A DNA stretch of 64,000 nt from Basidiobolus meristosporus CBS 931.73 (lineage: Eukaryota > Fungi > Basidiobolomycota). Under the pieces are notes generated by a model that saw only the letters and a list, made by a program, of their open reading frames with translations, did not search any database and was not told where the DNA came from. The position numbers were made by a program, and so were the translations under genes. The DNA lies in the NCBI GenBank assembly GCA_002104905.1, contig MCFE01000029.1:62001-126000 (forward strand), written 5' to 3'. Positions 37,984 to 49,716 of the stretch are shown piece after piece (within the stretch, counting starts at the first letter, position 1; every line of letters begins with the position of its first letter).

Positions 37984-39021
37984 CAGGACTAACAATAAAC
38001 AGATAAAGAATGTTTACGAGCACCTCAACAGAAGTGGCGTGTTAAGTAGAAAGTAGATCAAAACTCATGAGTCATAAATCAATAAAAAGCAGTCCCACAC
38101 AGGTTCATTCATTCCAATCGTGAGAAGATGGTCCAACTTCGGTTTCATCTGAAGTAAACATAATTATGCTGACTGATATTCACATGCTGCTATGTTCGCA
38201 ATAAACCGACCCCAGAAACCATTAGTGATAGGTGTCTAGCTGCTTTGTATATGTTTGATCTATTGGGAATTAACGCTGATGCGAATCTTGGTCTATAGCT
38301 GTGATTGTGTAATTGCCTACAGCGCAATGGAGTCAGAGCCATCAAGTGTAAGCCAGTGGCAGCTTGCAATTCCCCAAATGGGTCAATGGTAAGTACATCA
38401 TGTCTGAAATTACGACAGATGGCATGGAATTGGGTAGTTCCTTCAATTCCCTGAGCAGGTCCAGTTTAGGCGAATTCATGGGCCGGCTGTAGCCATAAAT
38501 GGCGATGGAGGTTCCATTTGGATATGACCAGAGATTTATTCCAAGATAATCATCGGACTGTACTTCATCTCATCTCTGGTTTGCTACTGAATGCAATGGT
38601 CAGATAAATGCTGGACCGGCACCTTCCAGCATAAGCTGTAGATGGATGTAATAATCTTCTGTTGAACTCAACACCCATTCCTTTGGAATACGATAAGCTC
38701 TTATGTCCGGTTTAAATAACAATTCCGGAATACGCATCATCACGACAGAGTCATTCAATTCCCGTATATTCCTTTAATAATTTCACATATGTCGTACACG
38801 AGAAGAGATTTCTTGCTTCAGAGAGATTGGTTATGGGTCTAACACAAACAGTAGCAGAACAGCGAAGCGAAAATAGTTACATCTGGCTCAAATTACATTT
38901 GGTTTCTACGGTTAGGTAGAATGGAGGACAACAGGGAGCGGCTTTCTGGATTATCCATCAAGCCTATGACTGCGTTTCTGGATTGCATTATTAGTACAAG
39001 CTAAAGAGAGCAGCTACAGGG

Positions 39022-40113
39022 TCATACATACATTGCAGCAGTGTCTACCCTGTTTGATGGATCATCGCTTGATGAGGGCTGGTTAAGTGGGGACTGTGTT
39101 GTAGGCGCATACTTGGGTAATTGCTCTGCCGACGGGGTATATTGTGGTGGTGGGAGTGTTGTATCCGTCTCCGTAGTACTATTTTGGTTGAATAAGGGTA
39201 GGGTAGGCTCTACGTCTGAGAGGCGAACGAATCTAGGTGTCTCTCTGAAATGATCAAAAATCCTCCACGACTCCATATTTTCAAGTCTTGAGGTTGATAG
39301 ACTTAAAAATCCGAGGCGATCGTGTGCAACTATCAAGAAATCATTTAGTAAGCGTGGCCTTCGAAAGTTAAAATGAATGGCTAGTACACAGGTAACCAAG
39401 AACTAAATGAATCGGATAGATCAAGATGGAGGAATCCAGGCTTAGGAATACCAGCGTCAGCATGACAAACGCTGGGAACAATTTGGAAGCAATGTTCCAA
39501 ATACCTAGAACACTTCGACAATGGTTAGCAAGCGTGGATGTGTTGACAGCAGTGAAGGCTTACTTGATATTGCGCGGTACTCGGCATTCCCATGATACAA
39601 ATATTAAAATCCAGCCTCGAATACCGATGAAGTTATGCTCAACAAATATGTTCAGAAGCTCGCTGAGCACCAGGAAAATTAAACCAGGAACCACCGTGAA
39701 AGTTATCAGGAGAGTGTAAAGATATTTCACTGTCCCAAGCGAGTTTTCTATACGTCTGCTGAGTGGTAAGAAGATTGATAGGTTAAGCATTAAGCTCCAC
39801 AATCCGGGCTGTGGAAACGGATGAGTGAGCAGTCGATGAACTTGGAAAAAAGTGTCAATTAAACGTATTGCTAAATGCCACAAAATTCTTAATACTTACT
39901 CTGACCCTCTAATACCCTATTGGGAATTAACCCCATAGAAGGCCCTAGAGAGAGAGAACCCCAAGCAACATTATCTAGCAACCGCACTGCTAGACAAACA
40001 ATTATGACAGTGATGGTGAGCCACGGAATCCCGAAGTACCATTGTTTGATTTTCGAATTCGCTTGGTTGGTGATCTCTGGGGGTATTTCTCTGATGTGAT
40101 TATCTTCGGTCAT
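39022..40113 (-). CDS. Rhomboid-family (Rbd2/RHBDD1-like) membrane protein, predicted pseudoprotease
   Basis: IPWLT; VHRLLTHPF; IENSLGTVKY; FIGIRGWIL at the GxSG position; DSSILIYPIHLVLGYL at the catalytic-His helix; cytosolic tail with PPPQY and LPKY; 4 exons. Confidence 0.75.
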
Positions 40114-41349
40114 GGTTATGGTGTTGAAGTGTTATATGTTTTATCACGCCTGTCGGATTTAGAGCTGGGTGTTAGGTGTTAGCGACACTAATAGAAGGTA
40201 TCTACGACTGAGATATAAACCATAATATGGCCACCAGCCAATTCCCCTGAATCTCCATTTATGACCAAATAGCCAAGAAATATTGATCTGAGCATCACGT
40301 TGATCTGTATGTATGCCAGGATCATATCATAAGGATGAATCTATTTACTAAGCCATCTATACATATATATATCGAGCTCATTAAACTTGCCTAGAATCAA
40401 GCCAAGCTCAGGGTAGTACTGGCGGCATCGCATGATTTCAGTTACAGTGTTCTAAACTACTTGTTGCCATGCCTCCCTGAGGCCACATTCTTGCTGGGGA
40501 TAGTTATTGGCAGCAATTGATTTCAGATGCGTTCCTACTGCGAACTCCGGTCAACCTTTGTTCCCAAGTCGTATCCATGATCCCTTTTGTCCGGATGAGA
40601 GCGGCTCACTTTACTCAATTATCAACCCACCTCCTTATCCGACTTTGATCGGATTCCCTATTAGCGAGATCGATATGCTCAAGTGGAAACCCTCATGTGG
40701 TGATGCAACATCCAATCTAAGAGATATGTCCGAAGATCAGGTGAGAATTCCCATGAAGAAGAGCATTATCAGGGTTGGCGGAATTTACTTCTAGTGGCAA
40801 TGAAAGCCTAACTTATTATATTTTAATTTGGCCCAGTGCACCAATTAAGTGGGAGACATCAATCAATTATACTTCATCCAATGCATTAGGGCTACTGTTT
40901 CCAACTGAAGAAACGTGTACACGGTGTCTTATCTGAGAGCTCTGGATTTGCTCCGAAAGAGTAAGGATTGGAAATGAGTGTTTCTTTGATTGGTGTTGTT
41001 AAACTTTCCAGCGAGAAGGTACGCTGTAGAGTCTCACAGAGGTATTAAGACGCCAGCTACTCTTTGATGATAAATTTCTAAGTTCAATCAAGTTAAATGT
41101 CTCTCGTGTGAGTTTGATGTGTAAATCCTTCTAAAAAAGTATGCGGTCGTATAAACATGTCTACGATTGGATAATGCATCTGTAGGAACTCACCGTTATA
41201 CCAAGCCTGTGTTATCTTTAGTAGTTATACTAACAGAAACTGGTAGCATCGTTGGGAATTCTTGTGTCGATATTTTGAAAAGAAATCCGCATATATACCG
41301 CCTTGGAAATCTTCTCGACATCACCATCCTCAGCCTCTTAGTTTGCATC

Positions 41350-41885
41350 ATGTTCATCTCACGAAGTGCCAGTGCCATTGTCTTCTTGCAGCTCTTGATT
41401 GCTACCCTTGCTAAGGAGTGTAACGTCTGCCCCCCAGAAAAGCCAAACCTTATTCCTATTCCAAATGCACCTAAACCAACTGAGAATGGTACTTTGCCAT
41501 CTGTTGCCTGATGCATTTCCGTTTTACTAATGCCTTTCCCAATAGGCTGCGGGCCGCAAGGATTAGGTGCTCTTGTTCCTGATTATCTTTTCACCAACTG
41601 CTGTGCCGTCCATGATTTCTGCTACAGTACATTTCATTCGCTTAAGATCCGGTCAATGACGATGTACTTACCGTTGATGCTTGATTAGGCAACTGTAACG
41701 AGACTAAGAAGAGTTGTGATGATCAATTCCTTCAGTGCATGAATCAAGTTTGCGATGAAAAACGCAAGAAGTTTCCTCGTCTGTGCCAGAAAATCGCTAC
41801 CGTATATCATAAGGTGGTTGCTGCCGATTCCTCCTGCAAATACTACCAGAAATCGATCCCCAAGTATTGCAGTTGCACAAAATAG
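41350..41885 (+). CDS. Secreted phospholipase A2, group XII-like, 3 exons
   Basis: Signal peptide; spliced ENGCGPQG...FTNCCAVHDFCYSNCNETKKSCDDQFLQCM; catalytic HD dyad; Cys-rich C-terminus ending YCSCTK*. Confidence 0.88.
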
Positions 41886-42972
41886 ATCTTCGATATGCTT
41901 TGGTCATTGAAATATAGCCATTTTCCAGTTTACCATTGACTTTGTTGGCAATGTGCATCTTGTCATTTGAATAAACGAAAGGTGTCACATATTCCTGTTG
42001 TTCTGGAGTGAGGATGTTGGCATGTGAAATTGTATGGGCATGAGAAAGATGTCGCAAGTAGTAACTTTGAAATGAAACTGTCGATAACATGAAAGGCGCT
42101 TACAGATGTTGGTGTATTATATTCATTGTTATTTCACGTTGCTACTTGTGGCCATTGTAATTCTTTGTGATTACAGCCCGGGTTGTCTTTGGCGAGCCCA
42201 GAGGATATGTACAATCCACTGGAAAAAGAACAATATCCAGATTATGATAGAGTCCTTGCGCAGGATGTAACAACCCAATAGGGTTAGTGCTCGGGAGTTG
42301 TACGAGGCAAACAAAGCTTAAGTAAACCCGTGATACTTCGTGATGGCTATTGCGAAATCTGATTAGTTTGAAATCTAGTTAAAAAAGTAGAATACAGTTC
42401 ATTTTATTGTTGAGGTTACTTGGACACAGGGGCGCTCAAAGCCATTTGATTTTACTGGAATTGTGATAGCCTAGACCTACACAAACAAATATAGGTGCAG
42501 GATACTCTCTGTTGCTCAACAGACTCTTATGGAAGAGATGGTATGAACAGATAATCATTACTAAACAACGATTGGACCCCATTCCATACTCTCTGCACCT
42601 GTAGGTCCTATGGTCAAAGAGAAGCAGTCAAGGTCACATAATCTCACCTCTTGGTGAATACAGGGAATGCTGTGCTATCCACGTTTCAACACCTGACTCT
42701 CAGAAGTATAGTACTAGTAGCACTGCTAGAATGTTGCGGAACATTCGGAAATTCCTTTCTGCAATATACATATTTCAAGCGATTGACATTGGATCGTAAA
42801 TGCAGCTTTGAGCTCAAGAAATACGCCAAAACATATATTAAATTCTATTTTAGAAGGTTTACCAGGATAGCCTATGGATGAGGCATGGAGGCGCTAAAAT
42901 AAGCGAACATGTCTGACTCGCAATTGCAGGATTTGTAAATTCAGTACCACAACCGCCCACGGACAGCACAAA

Positions 42973-44097
42973 TTATGTAGGGTAATCTTGCTCAAAATAT
43001 TCCACTATATTCTTGGCTGTTTCCTCATCGATAGAACAATCTCTTAATTGATCGACTGAAGCAGTTATGATATTATGAAATGTCTTCAACTTGCGCTGAA
43101 GTAAAACACAGTCTGGAGTCAGGTGAATAGCTGAATATCAAAAGCATATGAGGGAGACTGTAAATACCATGGTGTTTCAGTGGCTCGACGTTCGTAGAAC
43201 ATTGCGATAGCAAAGGAAGCCAGTTGTATGGCTTCTGAATATCCAATCGAGGATCTGAATAGAATGACTACCATGTATTAAGCAATATGATTCTAAAAAT
43301 ATGAGGCTTCAACAACCCAACTTTTCTTATATATTCCGATGTTGCTGTAATACAGGTCGGACTCAACCTTTTTGCTAGTTTCATGACGATCTGTGCACCT
43401 TCCTCTGGATTATGGATAGGTAGAATCTTGACTAGGCTTGATGAAGCCAAGATGCTAAATATTTTGGTCAATTACTCCAACAAGTGCATAGTTATTAATG
43501 ATTATATTTACTATGCTTGTATTTTGGCTAAATTTAACATGGTTGATGTTTTCAGGTGAAATACAAGACATACGTGCTTGTATTTTCTCTTCGTACTTGT
43601 TATCCTAAGAAATCACGGTTATCTCACATACTCAAGGTAGTTCTAGATACCTTATCTATCAACCGGACCTCTCAAGGAGGTATTTAAGGTGATGCTCGAA
43701 CTTTGAAGAGTCAAGTACTGAATTCTCATCAAGATATATGAAGCCCAACGATAGCTTTGGCACTGCAATATCCTAAAGTTTGCGTCATTAATCCAGTGTA
43801 GTAATATTACATACCCAATGAAAGATGACACACCGCAGGTGCACCTGGGGTAATACTGGCGACTGGAAATCAACCGTTATATTGAGGGCGTGATAAGTAT
43901 GGAAGCATTGTATATTTACGCCTAGGCTGAAACCCTCGTTCTAAGAATACTCTCTTCATATTATCGCATATTTCGGAATTCTCTTTGTTCAGTAGAACCA
44001 CCAACGGATTTCTAACAGCCTCTGAGCTCCTACTTGAATCTTCTCTTCTAAGGCTCGTCTTCGTTGAAAGAGTATTATTTGCTGGTTTTTTGTTCAT
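42973..44097 (-). CDS. SPO16: SPO16/SCRE (C1orf146)-like meiotic ERCC1-fold protein, small exons
   Basis: Assembled pieces: RGFQPRLAS; DIAVPKLSLGFIYLDE; VKILPIHNPEEGAQIVMKLAK (compare recalled human SPO16 [21 protein letters not shown]); C-terminal HhH-like DCVLLQRKLKTFHNIITASVDQLRDCSIDEETAKNIVEYF. Middle exons are uncertain. Confidence 0.6.
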
Positions 44098-44256
44098 GGC
44101 TATTGTTGGAACAACTGAATATATATTTATATAATGTAGATTTGGTAATTCATGAATGTATGCTAATGTTTAGAATGCATTGACACAATCATTTTAGCAA
44201 GTACTGGTTCGAATGATGGCTTTGAATGATTGTAGCTTGACCAACCGAAGCGATAT

Positions 44257-45665
44257 CTATTGTACTTGTGTACAAGGGCTCCTTGAGGGATCAGGAAGCG
44301 CCCTATCTGGCCTGGGTAAGTCCGGATTGTCGTATGGAGTCTGAATGTCTCTACCCATATCAATCAGCTGCCTGATTGTTTCATTTCTCATGCTGAGAGA
44401 GTTGGGCGAAGTGTAAGAAGCAATTTGATTTATGTTCTGAATGAACTGGGCATTGTTGAGTTCCATTTCGCGTACTTTCAGTTCCGAGCCATGAAACATC
44501 TGGATATAGTCCAGTGGTATAGAGTAAGGAATGCGGATCCTCCGAGATTCTTGCCGGTCATCCGGAGCGGGACCTCCAAAGGTGTTCGAGTATTGCGGGG
44601 CAGTTCCCAATAACGATTTTAATAGATCAATATTGATCAGCCCCTTGGATGGAGGTGCCACCGTCTTTGTATTAAAACTTGGGGATGGGCTATAGGTGTA
44701 ACAGTAGCCTTTGGAGGTGGTAGTAAATCCCAAATCAACTGTGATATTAAATGGTTTTAGCTGATCACATTCATTGCTTGGCATGCCACCAACTCTGTTT
44801 ATCCCATTGTATTGCCGGGCCAGATTGGGATATCTCATTTGCCATTGTGACCAAATGTAGTCTACGAATGCATGGTGAAGAAAGAAAAGCGGGCTATCAA
44901 ATCACAATATCAGCAAAGCGAAGTGTAATAAGCAGTGTTGGCACATCTGTACTCACTCAGTTGGGCTAATAAGAACGGCAAGGTCTCCGCCTATCCCTCT
45001 GTGAACAGCTGCGTGAGGACCATTCTCAATCAGATCCCGAAATCTGTCATAGTTATTGATGGTGTTAATCATATTATTTAGCGCCTCAGAGGAATAGATG
45101 GCCAGGATTTTATCGCCGCCATTGAATTCGCGTCGTAAACAATGGTCATTGGGTGTTCTGAATCGCCAGTTTGCGAACGGTCCATCAGTTACACATTGTA
45201 ATGGTCCCTGTCCATTCCCGCCAAACCATTTGAAAATCTCACTCTCCTCAGGTGCCTGTGAATCGATTGACCAATCCTTGAAAAAGGTTGAATGAGTTAC
45301 TTGCATACACATGTGGAAATTCCTTCACATACCCAGTATGGCAAAACAATGTCCGGGTTGATTCTTTGGAGTGCGCTCTCGAAAAGACGAATGTAGTATC
45401 TGTGCCAAGGAAAGAATCCTGGAGTAATATGCGCCGTTGTCGCATAATCATTATGTATGGGAACCAGTTTCTCATACTCACCACTTTCCTTTAGCTTTTG
45501 AATAGCATCAATGAAAGCATTTCTTTCTCCATCGGAGAGCTGGCGGATCTCCTTTCTCACTACTATCGTAGAGCAATCGTTGTTTGTAGTGGATGGGACT
45601 GGAGCAGCATGCGTTGATGAGATAATAAGAATTGAGAGGACAAGAGCCTTGAGGATGCAAATCAT
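44257..45665 (-). CDS. Secreted tyrosinase / type-3 di-copper oxidase, 3 exons
   Basis: Signal peptide; VRKEIRQLS; CuA His in PIHND, TAH and FFPWHR; LPYW|DWS; CuB GPHAAVH and SPT|DPLFFLHHAFVD. Confidence 0.93.
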
Positions 45666-47506
45666 TTTTGATGCTGAAAACAGAAGGCGGTCTGCGGTAT
45701 TTTAAAGGAATCTTGGGAGCCGCATCCAATTCAAAATCATTACCTTTCCCAGCACATTGCCAATGTAACTTTGAGCTCTATCCCTGCTGTAGATACAGCG
45801 AGGGATCGTTTACCCCAATCCATGAAATAGCAGTTGTGACATTTTTTAATGTATTTGTGGAGCAAGGCAGCACATATAGTCCACACTCTCCAGCTCTCAT
45901 CACGATCGTCTTGTATGATGCACTCGTCTCTGAACACTTATTTACTAATATTTTTTTGATTAAGGACTGGGCTTTTGGAATCAACATGGCATTTCTAGCC
46001 CCAGTGACATCACACATGACTCCTGAGTGTGCATGCTGATAGCAGGTGTAGCAGTCCACGTGAAAGACTGCCAGAGCATAATTTCGTGAGCGACACGAGT
46101 ATTTTAACGCCATATGCATCCCCACATGAATCTTGTAATTGGTTTTAACAAGGAGTTGGTTGCCCATCAGCTCGTGAAGCAAATAACCCACATTGTGCGA
46201 CTGCCTAACTTGCTTTGGCGATGGGAGACTGTTGATCTGTAGCATCGTTGCTTTGTTGTCTGATTTTTCACTCTGCTTTATCTCAACAAAATACTACTTT
46301 TAGATACGTACATTGAGTCCCATTTAGAGTTTCTATCGTATCAAACCAACCACGCGATATTCACCTTGATCATAAGAGATACTTTGGTCTAGATATAGGG
46401 TACATGATGCAATATCTACATTAATCTTTGAGGCCTTATAATCGAAAGAATCAGCCCTATCAGACAGGAGAGATTCAAGCGGCCCCCTACAAAATGCCTT
46501 GGTTGAATTCAACTGGCTCCTTGGTATCTTGATAGTAATGAAACTATATACAGAGAGTCACATTTGAAGTGATATTCAGCATTGGTAGGATAAGGGGAAT
46601 TGGTAGAACGTATACCATGCAATCCTTTGAGACGTACGGTCCTTAAATCGATACACAATCCTGTATTCAATCACTGCTGTTGTCTGCTTTGTCACAAAAA
46701 AAACCAAGTCCAATGGAATCCCTTGCAGTGGAGGTAATACTACGAGACGTTAGAGGACAGAGGGAAGCCTAATATACAGACCAGTGGCTAGGCCACCGTA
46801 AGTTCACAGATTCTAGATATTTGGGGATAGTCTTGTGGTCGATAGCAATTTCCACGACCGTATTTTTAAAAGACATGAAGAGTTGCACTGCGTACTAATG
46901 GGCATTAGCTCTAGGATTGACTATGTTTGGCACATGTTCATAAGCAAGGCCAATGCCAAAGCTGCCGATAATCTTGAACTTCATATACGCCATATTGTTT
47001 ACAAGTGTGGAGAATACGAAGACTTGATTGTGACACCATTAACCTCCAAGGATAATAATATATCCTTTCTGCATAACTTTGGGGCAAACGATGTCCACCT
47101 TCACACAAATTCTGGATTGCTAATCCACTTAGAATCCCTCCCAAATAAATGGCCGATTGACTCTAGCATCTGCAAGAGTACTCACGTTTTGTAGACTATG
47201 GGCCGAGAGCCTCCTCAAATATATAGTTAATTTAATAATTTTGGGATTTCCATCGTCCAATTTGAGGATATTGATGAGAGCTTTCCCTCCAGATTGGATG
47301 TCAAGCCCTACCCTGGGACCAGGCCTCAATTAACGACATCTATTCCAAGAGAAACAGTGTCGTGCATTAATTTGTGTATTAACCACTTCGACCCATCTAT
47401 ACGAAAAATCAAGGGTTGGTCAACTAAGATATAAGTCCGTGTATTATATATATACTAAAATATGCTTCCTTGATCTAAAAGTATATTTGTATTCCAAGTT
47501 TCTCAG

Positions 47507-48627
47507 CTATCTGGAGGCTTCTGAGGCTTTATCGTTCAGGAACCTGTGCGATTTTAGCTGGATGCGAGCGAATGGATGTTCGTTTTTATCGGCATTCGCA
47601 GCTTTGTCCTCTAGAGTGTTGGTAAGGTAACCGGTTATTTTAGCTTCTTTAGGGGTTTTTGTTAGTTTAGTCCCTGATTCGGAGTTCGACTCCGCATTCC
47701 CAAATATTGGTTTGATACCTGGTATAGGAAGGCCAGGTATTGGCAGACTTGGTAGGGGTGGACCAGGCACTGGCGGGCTTGGTAGGGGGATTTCAGGTAC
47801 TGGCAGGCTTGGTAAAGGGAGACTGGGCACCGGGAGACTTGGTATTGGGAGACCTAAACTGGGTAGAGGTATCCCTGGAATAATAGGATGTGCTAAAGGC
47901 TTCCGTGGAGTAGGGGAAGCACTAGTTGGCTCCAATTTGTTGGGTTCTGTACCTCTAACAGTGATTATGGGTCTCTTTTCGAAAAGGTCGGTACCATCAT
48001 ACTGGTTACTGAAGAATTCTGGGATTGAGGGAGAATTAGGCAAGTTGGCAACTAGAAGTTTCGGCCCAACAATGGATCCGTTATTCTTTTTCCCCACAAT
48101 AGTAATATCAGCACAGTTCATGTAGTACTCCCGGTTTCCCGACCTGTTAATCCAAGTCCAGGCAAAAACCACATTCGATGAGCTTGGTGCGCCCTCCGGA
48201 ATGGGCACATCAAAACTCAAGCCCTCAAGCATACAGGTCTTCATTATTGTCCGCAAGACCACAAAGGTTTTCCCTTCGTCGTAAGATACTGCGAATTGGC
48301 AATGACCACCATTATGGGTTGCCTCGCCAAAGAGCTCCACCTGGATCTTATCACCAGCGTTATAGGTTGCTACACTGCTCCCTTTAGGTGCTCCTCGACA
48401 TGGATATGGATACTTTCTTGATGTTAGTGGCAGTACTGAATGAAGATATGTAACAAGTGACTTACCGATGTTCCTAATGGCGAACTCAACGAGTAGTCGA
48501 TCTGATCAATGGTGAGGTATGGATTGAACTTTGATCTACGAGCTAAGGGTTTCTTCATCTCCATGTGCGCTTGGGCCAACGCTGCCATGAGGGCAACATA
48601 CATTAACATTACGTGGGATCGACGCAT
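47507..48627 (-). CDS. AA11-family lytic polysaccharide monooxygenase (chitin-active by family) with Pro-rich tail, 2 exons
   Basis: Signal peptide ending AQA|HMEM (His1); YPCRG; ATHNGGHCQFAVSYD; FAWTWINRSGNREYYMNCADI. Confidence 0.85.
47715..47888 (-). repeat. 15-bp (5-aa) coding tandem repeat, ~11 units of (L/I)P(L/V/I)P(S/G)
   Basis: Plus-strand units such as AGGCCAGGTATTGGC, AGACTTGGTAGGGGT, AGACTTGGTATTGGG; protein PIIPGIPLPSLGLPIPSLPVPSLPLPSLPVPEIPLPSPPVPGPPLPSLPIPGLPIPG. Confidence 0.85.
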
Positions 48628-49716
48628 TACTCTAGATATTCGGACTTGGTTTTGGATTTCTAGCAAACAGGTTAAGAATAAATACAAGGGGTTAAATTAA
48701 AGGGAGAGTAGAGTGTACAAGATTTTCTCTCAACACCTGAGGACTGAAAGGATCTAGAGATACTTTATACATGTTCAACTTCCGTCTTGGGCATCGTTTG
48801 AAACGGTTTGTTTAGTATGTACTAGTGAATCTTGGTCATCTCCGCAAGCTAATGATTACAGTGTATGCACCCGAACGAAGTTTCAAATATATCGCCGCGT
48901 GATTGCAAAACTGCAATACATGCATCTCCGATATTGTGGAGATTAGCCGTTTGATGTTCGAGTATTTTGATAGCCAGATTTCCTTGAGCTACAACTTCAG
49001 GTATATATGCTGATGCCTTCAAGTTCGCTACCGTACTGATCTAAATGTCAGATTATATACCACAACAGAGGCCAGTGCAATTTTGGTTAAGCACATTCGA
49101 AATAGGCCACAACTACAATAATGAGTGCGAAGTCATCATTACCACCATCACATACAGGTCACTCTGCTACACAAAGAAGGGAATCCAATCTCATCAACAG
49201 GGTCTGGTCCCGAATCCTCGTAAAACATGTATATGGGTCACCGCATTCCTATCCACTCAACTTGCAATACTCTAGCAAGCAAGATCCGAGCAGCACGACA
49301 ATATTGCGTCAGCTAATACGACTACAATTGCCTCTGGGCAGATTTGAAATTGTGATCACCCTGAACCCATGGTACCTTGGGCAAAACTGGTCTGTATCCT
49401 TAATTTCTACATACAAGATGTCTCAATTGCGCCTACTACTTACGATGGGACGATCAGAGTCCGCTTGAATACGCAATACTTTAAAGCACTTTGTGATTCA
49501 AATTAATGCTAATGTGACATGCTATCCATAGCTAGAGAAGGTCCATTTCGCATTGCCCTAGTGTATGCTCTTTTGTGCATACTCTGTATCAGGCCTAACA
49601 AAATGGTTAAGAACTATTGGGTCGTTTATTTGGTTCTAACAGAAAACTAAAGGTGCATGTAAAATTGTACAGATCTACCGAATATTAATAAGAAGCACAC
49701 AAGTCGATGGAAGCAT

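Noticed and set aside
38050-38950. Possible decayed element or gene between the dehydrogenase and the rhomboid
   Set aside because: No ORF of 60 aa or more and no recognisable motif.
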